The notes below the pieces were generated by a model that worked only from the letters and a program-made list of their open reading frames with translations, did not search any database and was not told where the DNA came from. Positions 26,562-38,433 of a stretch of DNA of 64,000 nt are shown in pieces; within the stretch, counting starts at the first letter, position 1, and each line of letters begins with the position of its first letter. This DNA comes from Octopus bimaculoides (lineage: Eukaryota). The position numbers were made by a program, and so were the translations under genes. The stretch is from NCBI RefSeq assembly GCF_001194135.2, contig NC_068983.1, positions 117,177,033 to 117,241,032 on the forward strand, given 5' to 3'.

Positions 26562-27224
26562 GTTACGTGGGTGAAGAGCTTCTTTAGCCTGGGGTTCCGG
26601 TGTTTACCCTTTGCTTACCCACTGTCTTCGGCGCTTGACATTTTGATAGAGAACCCATTTCTCGTCACCACTATTTGGTCCAAAAATAAGGTTCATTTGT
26701 GAGAAGTGACAGCAAAGAAGAGCACACATTTCCTCTCTGCGCGCGAGTAGACACGGGAAATTTGTGAGGTAGACATTGATCCAATTTGCTGACATTTCGG
26801 ATGGTACGCAGGTGTGGATGAATGGTGGAATGAGCTAATTCAAGCTTCTCTGCTAGTTCCTCAACAGTTACGATGGAATTTTACTCCACCAGGTTTTGCA
26901 GGACGTCCTCGTTGAGCTCTACATATCTTCTAGGTCGAGGTTCGTCTTCTAGGTTGTAGTTTCCGGCTCGGAATCTTTGGAACCACCGTTGACACTGGCT
27001 TATGCTGATTGTCCAATCCCCATACACTGCATTAACATTCCTCGCCCTTTCCGTCACGTTGTTGCCTTTATTTAACTCATAAAGCAAAATATGCCGAATA
27101 TGCTCCTTTGTAACTTCCATTATAGCTTTTAAAAAAAATAACTGTTAAAATCGTATTGCACTCTTCAAAACTCGCACGAAGATCATGCGATGGAAAAAAT
27201 TGCATTATCTATGGGATGACTCAA
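26562..27224 (-). mobile_element. Mariner transposon, 5' half (3'-truncated)
   Basis: ORF 26881..27120 MEVTKEHIRHILLYE..AVYGD..QRWFQRFRAGNYNLEDEPR; then GDEKWVLY..WVSKG..HPR. TIR-like (TA)TTGAGTCATCCCATAGATAATGC at 27202-27226. Confidence 0.85.
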
Positions 27225-27260
27225 TATATACATACATATATGAATATATACACATATATT

Positions 27261-27301
<41 letters not shown>

Positions 27302-30300
27302 ATTGAAGAATGTCATGATACCTTATTTTTGCAGATACACTCGAATAGGTCTTTCATTATGAAATGTCTTTTTCGATGAAACCGGTCACTGCTTTTGTGA
27401 AATTAAAAACGTTATTGAAGCATAGTATACATTAAAATAAGTTAATTCGAATGTTACTTAGAATGGAAGCACTAATATATACAATACAATGCATTAAAAA
27501 TTCATTTATCAATGCTTCTTACATAATATAGTTGTTGTCAAAGGTATTCTTTTCGTCCTAACAGAAGCTAATGTTTTGATGTTTGCATTTTTTTCTCATT
27601 ATTCTCAAACCCTACAAAGATTGCTAATTTTCGGCAAAATTCTTTTCGGATTGTGAAGAAATTATTTGATACTCTGATTCAAATTTAGTTTAGGGATTGT
27701 TTTATAATCTATCAAAGATATTTAAATAAAATATCTGCTTTAAGGATATAAGAAAAATGGCTTGTTCGTCAGATTTATGCTATCTCCAGATATATTGATG
27801 CGTCACAAAATACTTAATTGTATTCGTTCTTAGCAACTCACTTGACAGGAATATGCAATATATATGCAGCAAGCCGTATACACCAGTCTAATGCTAACAG
27901 AAAATTATTCTGCTACCTATGGAGGTAAGTATCTGCTGTGCATGTCCCTGTGAACTCTGGACCAGATTCATTTTCGTAATTTCAATCAGAATTTTTTACG
28001 GATACGGAGCGTGTGCAGATGACACTTTCTAATTTAGAAGGAAATTACATTGCAATCTCACAAAGTATTGCCCCAAAAAAGGAGCTATAGTCTTTAGTGT
28101 GCCACTGAGCTCAATCTCATTTGTATACTCATACTTCCAAACTAATTCACAATATATCTGAATGCTAAAAATACACGTAAATAATTCACAATGGATTTAA
28201 CTCCACAAACATTCGTAAGTATCTCCAACCTTTTATACGCGTAGTAATTGTATCAACTAACAACATTTTCTTTCTTTTAGAGAAGAACAAATAATTCTAC
28301 TGGTCTTGTTGGATTGGTGGCAAGCTCAAAATTGATCTAATATATATTCGTGTAATTTATATGTCTGCATCTTACGACTTGTCTCCAACGGAAAATATAC
28401 CCAGATACAATAATTATATTTACTTCATGTGTGGGAAAAATTGCATTGAAAGTATTATGCTTGACACCTGTGTCTATCTGTGATTATTATCAAAAACGAG
28501 ATAAATAAATGAAAATTACCTGCATATCGAAACCGGCGAAGATTTGTCATATGTTAATTAGATATTATGTGAAATTATTAAGTGAACGCTGCTGGATATC
28601 TGTACAGTATCAATAAATCTTCAACCTCACATTATTTCAGTGATATATGTATGAGTTCATATAATTATATTTTTAGTCAGTACTTAAGCTACGAAATACC
28701 AAATTATCTTGAAACATTGGCCAAGAAATTGAAAGTTTTTACTACTTTACTCCTAAAATATGTTAGTGTCATTAATATACTAATAACGCAATTGAATGTA
28801 TTGTATGGTTGATCATTTCACACTTAGACTCTTAAACTTTTAATAATATAACAATAGCGTTGTGGTAAAATTTGGTCTGTTGTGGTTGTCGGAAGTATAG
28901 AAACAGAAATGGTTATTGGACCATTAAATAAGAGAGAATACTATATAACATTTGATTACATCGCGCTTTCAGTTCAAATAACGACTAATTTGATTTTCTT
29001 TTCATCATGCTGGAGTCAAGAAATCAAATACCTACTAGATAAATATAAGAGATTATAATTCTCTACTATTATTTAAACTATTGTTCCAGTGCAATAAACC
29101 ACATTACTAAAATATTTTATTCAGAAACAAAGTTTGTGTAGACAAACGAGTTTTAAGAAATAAATACATTAACTATCTACGTTTAGTTAGAACACTCTTC
29201 TATCTTCACTTGGTTTTAGGATCCCAGTCGGATACACATTCGTGTAAGAAAGTACAGAATAATGTAAAGATTATGAAGAGACAGAAGTATCGATTGTATT
29301 TAGCCTCCTGTCTCAAATTCAAAATTACCTAAAAATAATTCAGATGACATAACTCTGGTTAATACAATTGTACGAATGCAAGACTATGAGCTTTTAAATA
29401 CGCGAGGATAATTACGCATCGTATTTGTTGATATCGTCATTTGTATAACTATACTGAAATTTCTATTCACCGACTTTTCAAAACACATCAGTTAATTTAT
29501 CTTTGACAGTAGAAAGGCCTGTAAACTAAGGAATAATTTCTGGCAGTAACAATTCAAACGAATCTTTAGTTTGGAAATTTATGCAAAAATATTTTCTCAG
29601 CCATAAAAGTCTATTAAATGTATTTTAAACAACAAATACGAAAATAAATTGCTAGAAAGCTATTTTTAATCTTTATAATATAAGCTATTTTAATATTCAA
29701 AATACAATAAAAGCAGCTTCTATATGTATACCTTTTAAAAATATTTATAATTCTATTTCATTGAAGCCTAATAGTTTTTGTTTTGCATGTTCATTCAATG
29801 TCACGAGAAAGAATCAAGAAAATATAATGAAGAAACACAAAGAAAAATTACAAAGAAAAATTATTTTAAGAAAAGTTAGAAACTTAACAAAAATATTAAA
29901 TTTCCTGTTTTCTCTGTTTTTACTTAAAAGAACCAACTTTTAATAGAAATTAGAAATTCGAATTTATTTTCAACCTAATCAAAACCAAATTTAAGAGTTA
30001 CATACTACAATAAAATTACCTTAAGTTTTAAACATTTGGATTAATTTTATTTACATTTAATTTTGCTGTAAGAGAAGTTTAGGAAATTTTATTTAGCATT
30101 AATTTTCCACGATGAATTTATTAGGAAGTGCATTCAAGAGAAATAGTGCGAATATATTTAATGTACAGAGTATAAATAATGTAATTATAAATAGGTATAC
30201 AGTGAGGACAAACAATATTACTCAATGAGTAGTATAAAATAATTGCAGCTTTTTGCTACCAAAATCAAAGCAAACTCTCTTAAGCCAAAATTTATTTAAT

Positions 30301-30439
30301 AATTGAAATAAGAAAAAGTACAATGTACATATTTTGCCAACAACAAACAAGTTTGTTCTGTTAGGACTGAATTCCGAGATCCTGAAAAGTATTATCGCCT
30401 CCGCAATACGTAGACTCCGACGCACTTTCGAAAGTAATA

Positions 30440-30900
30440 TATGCTAACGACTGGGATGTGATTCTTCACTGTATGAAGTGCCTTGTATTCAATATGTTAA
30501 TACAAATTTAAACCCTAATCATCATGCTGATAAAAACTTTGAGCAGATAACCTTATGTGAATTTTTCGAAGGCGTTTTCAGCTGCTGCTTACTGCTGTGT
30601 TTGTTAAAGAGATTTTACAGAAAGTTATCGACATGCTTCAAATAGTGGCACGTGGTCGAGGGGTCGTCTGGGTAGTATGCTTGATGATGTAGAATTTCAT
30701 AATCTAACACGTCCAATTTCTGTCGTATCAGTTTTCAAGAAATAGTGATAATAAGTCCGCTTGCACACCAACGACCAGTGGCAATATCATACTTTTCCTA
30801 CGGTTCCAGTTTGAGAGTCTTAAATTTTAAACTCCGTACGGGCATGTGTGAAATGCCAACTGTTTACTACATAGAATGCTTTTGCATCATGTCATAATAC
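30440..30900 (-). mobile_element. Mariner transposase 3' fragment
   Basis: Minus frame LHHQAYYPDDPSTTCHYLKHVDNFL resembles LPHPPYSPDLSPTDYHFFKHLDNFL. Confidence 0.65.
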
Positions 30901-33345
30901 AATTAAGAAGTGGATCATCAATATCCTGAACCCAAAGAGCAGAACTGGTATATTTATAGCATTTTCATATATTCATTTAACTCTTGTGCCTCACATTTGT
31001 TTAGTTGTTTTAGCGTTCAAATATGATGCAAATTTCAAAATACTGTTATACGTCGGAAATGGTTTTCCATACGTCTGCTTGAATAACTGTTCCTCAATAT
31101 TTTGTTATATCTCGGAGATTTTCCACGGTAGAAAATGAATATAGTAATGCAGTTTTATTATCACCTCCGCAGCACATGAACGTCAGTAATATTTGTCAAC
31201 TACTTACATATCATTCTTCATTGTATAAAGTACCCTCCATTCAATATATTAACACTAACTTAAATCCTAATGATCAAGCAGAAGATGTCCTAGAGCAAAT
31301 AGCCTTATGTGAAAACTAATTTTCTGTTTTAAATGTGTGTCGTGTGTATTGAACGCTCCAGATGTAAAATACGTGCAAAAATATTTTTCCATGAAACAAT
31401 TGATACTGATATTGATATTTTTCAAATAAATTACAGATATTTCAGTCAGTGACTTATTCATCTAATAAATGCGTACGCGCATATGATTACTAATTAACGT
31501 GTGACAGTCACAATATGCCAAAATATGTTTCGTTCCACTGATATGAGGAATCACCGAGTCAATACTTATTTGAAAAAGTGAAATACTTGTCCAAGAATGT
31601 GAAGTATAAGAAGCTCAGTATTTCAGAAGAATAACTGGTTGTGTGATTCCTGCTTTAGCACACACTTTGGATTTTGTTATTCAAGGATTGAAACTACCTG
31701 TCTGTCTTATTTTGCTGTAACTTCCATTTGACACTACCTATTGAAATCGTAAGATCTTGAGAAATCACTTAAAACCGAAATATAGTAATTGTGTATTAAA
31801 ATATAAAGTTTATAGTATTCAATGAAATAATAATTATAAGATGGCGTTCAATGTACAGTGCAATTGACTGATTGTTGAAAAGAGCAAGTTACGTAATTTA
31901 CGTTAATTACAGATTAGCTTCTGTCATTTGAACATGACTTGTAATGTAAAGATTAGAAATAAAGCGAAAGTGAAATTATAATTAAAAATTAAATGAAGAA
32001 TTAATTCAATATTTCGAAGAATACTTAATGCATTAGAATATGCAGTATTATTAATGAATATCTAGACGAATATAGATGAATTACAAGGTATCTTTTCAAA
32101 TAATTCAATTCCTAACCTTAGGGTAACAGACAATTTATTAGATCCTTCAATTATGTCCGTACTAAATTATACAGTTGCATCAAAAATACAAATATATGCG
32201 TTGGATGCAATAGCGATTCAATTAAGATTTTAATTATTGATTTACTTTGTTCTTGCAAAACTTTCAACTTTACTGGAAGGTAACGAGCTAAATTGTGACG
32301 TTTAAATATTTTCCAAGAAAACTGTCAAAGTATAACTAAATGGAAATTAATAAGTTATTATCAATTTAGACATAATTTATTATTCATTCAATTTGATCAG
32401 AAACACATTAATGATATATGACAACACAAAATGATAAATGACCATACAAAGAACTACACAGTAATGATAAAGGACTATACACTAATGATATATGACTATA
32501 CAAAAAAAGGAGGGCGCTTTCAACTAGTATATTTTCCATATAACACCCGATGAATTGAAATGTTAAGTTTCCATACAGTACATAATTTCATATGTCACAT
32601 TTCTTTGTTCAGTAATGCTTGCTAAAATATCAATTATCTTATTAGATAACAAATTTAAGTCAATTGCCTCATGAAACCGTGCCATTATTTCTGTAGATTT
32701 ATGACCTATTTAATGTAGTAGCCAGCGACAGACAACACCCTTTTTTTTAAATGGAATTCGTGGGTGACGAGGTATACACTTAAAATGGTCGGATAACATG
32801 ACCACAATAGATATGAGTTTACTTGACCGAAAATTTGACAAATTGTTTAATCCAAAATGATAAACGATCCTCTTTCGGCAAGAAGCGAAAGGGAATGCGA
32901 TCCAACTGAGTCAGACGGGAACCAGGGCAAGACATGACGATCAGGTGGTAGCAAAAAAAGGTAGTAGAAGTGTTATTTGCGGAACTAATATTTCTTCGCG
33001 GAAACTACCGTATATTCGCGGAATCGTAAATATCGTCCGCAATTTTTTATGGCTTTTTTGTGGCAATATATATATTTCACACTTTTTAAGGCTAAATAAT
33101 TAATAATAACGTACAGTATTTGGCGGATTGCTGGACACCCCTTTGCAGCTGAAGCTTCAGTACACTGTATCTTGTATCTTTTATTCCTGCTTTCAATCAA
33201 AACTTGCCTATTAGTATAGCGACAGCTATCTATATTTCACACATATACACGGTCTCTTCCTCTCTCGCTGTATTTGTCTCTCAACAACACCAACCTCTCA
33301 TGGTAGTGAAAGTATATATATATACATATACACACACACTTATAT

Positions 33346-33386
<41 letters not shown>

Positions 33387-34211
33387 NNNNNNNNNNNNNN
33401 NNNNNNNNNNNNNNNNNNNNNNNNNNNNNNNNNNNNNNNNNNNNNNNNNNNNNNNNNNNNNNNNNNNNNNNNNNNNNNNNNNNNNNNNNNNNNNNNNNNN
33501 NNNNNNNNNNNNNNNNNNNNNNNNNNNNNNNNNNNNNNNNNNNNNNNNNNNNNNNNNNNNNNNNNNNNNNNNNNNNNNNNNNNNNNNNNNNNNNNNNNNN
33601 NNNNNNNNNNNNNNNNNNNNNNNNNNNNNNNNNNNNNNNNNNNNNNNNNNNNNNNNNNNNNNNNNNNNNNNNNNNNNNNNNNNNNNNNNNNNNNNNNNNN
33701 NNNNNNNNNNNNNNNNNNNNNNNNNNNNNNNNNNNNNNNNNNNNNNNNNNNNNNNNNNNNNNNNNNNNNNNNNNNNNNNNNNNNNNNNNNNNNNNNNNNN
33801 NNNNNNNNNNNNNNNNNNNNNNNNNNNNNNNNNNNNNNNNNNNNNNNNNNNNNNNNNNNNNNNNNNNNNNNNNNNNNNNNNNNNNNNNNNNNNNNNNNNN
33901 NNNNNNNNNNNNNNNNNNNNNNNNNNNNNNNNNNNNNNNNNNNNNNNNNNNNNNNNNNNNNNNNNNNNNNNNNNNNNNNNNNNNNNNNNNNNNNNNNNNN
34001 NNNNNNNNNNNNNNNNNNNNNNNNNNNNNNNNNNNNNNNNNNNNNNNNNNNNNNNNNNNNNNNNNNNNNNNNNNNNNNNNNNNNNNNNNNNNNNNNNNNN
34101 NNNNNNNNNNNNNNNNNNNNNNNNNNNNNNNNNNNNNNNNNNNNTTTGTATATTTATATCTGAACGGAGAAGTTAGAAAAATAGGCATATCTGAAACATG
34201 AATGAATATGC

Positions 34212-34267
<56 letters not shown>

Positions 34268-34399
34268 GTGTATGTGTTCTTTTAGAGACAGAGAGAGTGA
34301 CAAACATAAAAAATAGCGGTGCCATTTCTTTAGAGCTCTGTTGATGAATGTGGACAAAACTCCCACTCTTATCATTTTCTATTATCTTTTCTTTCTTTT

Positions 34400-34490
34400 C
34401 ACCTTTTACTTGTTTCAGTCATTATATTGTGGCCATGCTGGGGCGCCGCCTTGAATAATTTTTAGTTTAACGTATTGACCCAAGAATGTT
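34400..34490 (-). mobile_element. SINE type B 3' fragment
   Basis: TTTTACTTGTTTCAGTCATT..GTGGCCATGCTGGGGCGCCGCC, matching 35041-35162 and 49812-49912. Confidence 0.7.
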
Positions 34491-35040
34491 TTTTTTCATA
34501 TATTTTTGCTTGTGGGTGTCATTAGACAGAGAGAAAGAGAGAGACAGACAGACAGAAAGTGACTGTGTTTAATTGTGCAGAACAGACCATCCTTGAATAA
34601 ATAAATAAATAAACGAATAAATATATATGGTGTGCTGGTTGTCATTGTCTTGATCACTGACCTTTCTCGTCACAGGACAATTTCCGATCAAATAGAAAGA
34701 CAGAAAGATAAATAGAGAAAGAGGGAATGGAGAGCGAGAGAGAGGGAGAGATTGAAAGGTGTTGAATCTTTGAAAATGTTGGCACTTTAACTCTGTTCAC
34801 ACCATCATCATTATTATCATCAACATAGTTAAAGTGTGAAAGTGGACAAAACGCACCACGCTTATAATTCAGATGGTGTCTCAATTATGTTTTGTTGGAC
34901 CAACAGACAAACAAACAAGATCTCTCTTTTATATATATAGATATATATATGTATATACAGTATATCGCACTAGTATTACTTGGGTGAGCGATGACAGATC
35001 AAAGATATATACAACACGAGGGTGAAAGTTAATGGTGGTG

Positions 35041-35162
35041 TGTTTACGTCCCCGTAACTTAGCGGTTTGGCAAAACGACCACTAGAATAAGTACTAAGCT
35101 TCCAAAGAATAAATCCTGGGGTCGATTTGCTCGACTAAAGGCAGTGCTCCAGCATGGCCACG
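35041..35162 (+). mobile_element. SINE type B
   Basis: GTTTACGTCCCCGTAACTTAGCGG..AATAAGTACTAAG..CCTGGGGTCGATTTGCTCGACTAAAGGCAGTGCTCCAGCATGGCC. Confidence 0.8.
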
Positions 35163-35239
35163 GTTGTGAAGCGATGTTGGGAGAACATACACAGACACAC
35201 AAACATATACACAAACGTACATATATATATACATATATA

Positions 35240-35392
35240 CGATGGGTTTCTTTCAGTTTCCGTCTACCAAATCCACTAACAAGGCTTTGGTCGGCCCGAG
35301 GCTAGAAGACATTTGCCCAAGGTGTCACGCAGTGGGAATGAACCCGGAGCCATGTGGTTGGTAAGCAAGCTACTTACCACACAGCCACTCCT
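35240..35392 (-). mobile_element. tRNA-derived SINE type C
   Basis: Minus: AGGAGTGGCTGTGTGGTAAG (box A-like), CCGGGTTCATTCCCACTGCG (box B-like), GACACCTTGGGCAAATGTCTTCT, GTAGACGGAAACTGAAAGAA. Confidence 0.85.
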
Positions 35393-35439
35393 GTATGTAT
35401 AAATATATTTTGTAGAATTAGATAATACCGCCTTTTCCT

Positions 35440-35701
35440 GATTAACTTGTTGATATCCTTCCAGCCTTATAATTTAACATCTAAGGAGGATAACTCTTTT
35501 ACCTCTTTTTACATTTGATTTTTTACATTTCAGGTTTTGGGTTTTTGTTTTCTGCTTTTAACATTCTGCGTATTCTATATGCTGCCTTCTCAGTTTCTTC
35601 TCTTTCTTCTTTTATTCGATTCTTTTTAGTTCGTTATATGTGGTTTGTGCTTGATTAATATGTTTGAGATATTTCTCAACATATGAAACTATTAGTAGCA
35701 C
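35440..35701 (+). mobile_element. PLE 3' remnant ending in a decayed hammerhead-like motif (35647-35701)
   Basis: 35452-35478 matches the 56.5-kb PLE copy at 25/27 nt. Motif GTGC-TTGATTA-ATATGTTTGAG(loop)CTCAACATAT-GAAA-CTATTAGTA-GCAC has stems I-III intact and two core substitutions. Confidence 0.6.
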
Positions 35702-35760
35702 TTAAAGACATGTATTGGGTCCTTTAAATAAATAATATTAATCTCTCACCAGATGGAGTA

Positions 35761-35798
<38 letters not shown>

Positions 35799-35824
35799 CA
35801 CACACACAAACACCCACACACCCA

Positions 35825-35883
<59 letters not shown>

Positions 35884-36661
35884 CAGAGGTTGTCTACATA
35901 TTTCATTTTCTATAATTCATTCTTTCATTTTATGTTTGTTTACATTTATTGCTCATCTATAAAGAATTTTATGGCATCACTAATATTCTAATTTTTCCTA
36001 TTTCTTAATTCTTATCGTTTATTTTTTTATGTTTTACAATTATGCTTTTGAAACATTATACTTTTAAATTTTTATTCGTCTCTTAATTTTTAACTCATCT
36101 TCAATACTAGCGTATTTCCATAATTGGTATCTTGACACCAAACACTGGCATCGATCTTCAATAACTTTTCTATTTTTCCCTACTTCTTTCTCTCTATCTT
36201 TCATATTTTATTTATTATACTCTATCTAAATGGGAGTAAAACGGTGTTCTTCCACGGCCCACGGGCAGCTTTTTTGTTTGATCGTGTTTTCGACCCAGTG
36301 CTTGTGTATTCTTCTTTGAGGCTTTCTTTGTATACCGGAAGCTAGTCTAGGATGTAAGTCTCTCTCTCTCTAAGTATCTCGAAGATTTATACTACCATTT
36401 GACGCTAAAATGTTTTCATAGTTTTGTATTTCATTTTACAGCAATTTATTCTGAATGCTGCTAATCGTTATGCGGATTGAAGGAAGAGTTCTTGGAAGGG
36501 TTCTGGTTAGCTTCATTTCCACACCTCTCACTATATGTGTTTTATAGTCTATGTCTGTCGTACTTCCCCTACTATTGACAGCGCTAGTTTCCTTTACACA
36601 TCACCATAATTAACGTTGCGTGTGTTCTAACAGTTTTTTTTTTCTGTAGTGGCTATCAAGT

Positions 36662-36867
36662 TGGGCAAAATGCTTAGCAGTATTTTCGTCCGTTTTTACT
36701 TTCTGAGTTCACATTTCACCGAGGTGGACTTTGTCTTGCATCCTTTTGGGTTCGATAAAATAAGTGCCAGTTGAGTACTGGGGTCGATGTAATAGATCTA
36801 CGCCCCCCACAAATTCAGGCTTGTGCCTATAGTAGAAAAAATTGTTGTTGTTGTTATTATTATTATT
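36662..36867 (+). mobile_element. SINE type A with (GTT)n(ATT)n tail
   Basis: GGGCAAAATGCTTAGC..GAGTTCAC..GGGGTCGATGTAAT..GGCTTGTGCCTATAGTAGAAAA plus tail. Confidence 0.8.
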
Positions 36868-38367
36868 TTATGTTTGACTTTTGTTTTGCATTTGTACAAG
36901 TTGGATCCAAGTCTCACCCAGAGACCTCAAGAGACAACAAGTTAGAAGTTCATGTAGGTGTTATGCCTAGGGTACCATATATTTGGATTTGTACAGTTTT
37001 GATCAAGTGAATGTTTAAGAAACCATAAGAAAATTATGTGTTTGCTTTAAAATTTGAGATCACATAGACAGTATTTTACGTAGGATATGGGCAGTTCCCA
37101 TGAGCACTATCTTTTGAACTTCAGCCATTTTGGGGTTTCCTGGAATCTGATCTAGGTAGTAATCAGNNNNNNNNNNNNNNNNNNNNNNNNNNNNNNNNNN
37201 NNNNNNNNNNNNNNNNNNNNNNNNNNNNNNNNNNNNNNNNNNNNNNNNNNNNNNNNNNNNNNNNNNNNNNNNNNNNNNNNNNNNNNNNNNNNNNNNNNNN
37301 NNNNNNNNNNNNNNNNNNNNNNNNNNNNNNNNNNNNNNNNNNNNNNNNNNNNNNNNNNNNNNNNNNNNNNNNNNNNNNNNNNNNNNNNNNNNNNNNNNNN
37401 NNNNNNNNNNNNNNNNNNNNNNNNNNNNNNNNNNNNNNNNNNNNNNNNNNNNNNNNNNNNNNNNNNNNNNNNNNNNNNNNNNNNNNNNNNNNNNNNNNNN
37501 NNNNNNNNNNNNNNNNNNNNNNNNNNNNNNNNNNNNNNNNNNNNNNNNNNNNNNNNNNNNNNNNNNNNNNNNNNNNNNNNNNNNNNNNNNNNNNNNNNNN
37601 NNNNNNNNNNNNNNNNNNNNNNNNNNNNNNNNNNNNNNNNNNNNNNNNNNNNNNNNNNNNNNNNNNNNNNNNNNNNNNNNNNNNNNNNNNNNNNNNNNNN
37701 NNNNNNNNNNNNNNNNNNNNNNNNNNNNNNNNNNNNNNNNNNNNNNNNNNNNNNNNNNNNNNNNNNNNNNNNNNNNNNNNNNNNNNNNNNNNNNNNNNNN
37801 NNNNNNNNNNNNNNNNNNNNNNNNNNNNNNNNNNNNNNNNNNNNNNNNNNNNNNNNNNNNNNNNNNNNNNNNNNNNNNNNNNNNNNNNNNNNNNNNNNNN
37901 NNNNNNNNNNNNNNNNNNNNNNNNNNNNNNNNNNNNNNNNNNNNNNNNNNNNNNNNNNNNNNNNNNNNNNNNNNNNNNNNNNNNNNNNNNNNNNNNNNNN
38001 NNNNNNNNNNNNNNNNNNNNNNNNNNNNNNNNNNNNNNNNNNNNNNNNNNNNNNNNNNNNNNNNNNNNNNNNNNNNNNNNNNNNNNNNNNNNNNNNNNNN
38101 NNNNNNNNNNNNNNNNNNNNNNNGTTCTATATCTGCCTTAGGGTGGTGCATTCTATGCATTGTCAACAGTTTTCGTATTTTTCTGTCAACATTACATATT
38201 TCAGTAATTGACCAGTTAACGATGTTGAAACTGTAAGTCACGACTGGTATGGCTAGAGCATTGATCGCTTCGATCCTGTTTCTCGCGTTCAGCTCTGTCT
38301 TCAGTATTGCTCTCACCCTGCGATAACATTCTCTTCTGATCCGTTCCCTCATCACTGAGTGCTTGAT
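36868..38367 (-). mobile_element. 5'-truncated R4/Dong-clade non-LTR retrotransposon (interior is N)
   Basis: ELNARNRIEAINALAIPVVTYSF..DRKIRKLLTMHRMHHPKADIE, and C-terminal VQKIVLMGTAHILRKIL typical of R4/Dong-like ORFs; ~190-nt 3'UTR; (TAA)n on both sides. Confidence 0.85.
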
Positions 38368-38386
38368 ATTATTATTATTATTATTA

Positions 38387-38433
<47 letters not shown>
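38368..38433. repeat. (ATT)n microsatellite
   Basis: Visible. Confidence 0.95.

Noticed and set aside
36130-36600. A further Penelope/Poseidon-type endonuclease remnant
   Set aside because: Too degenerate to support by eye; only scattered motif-like residues.
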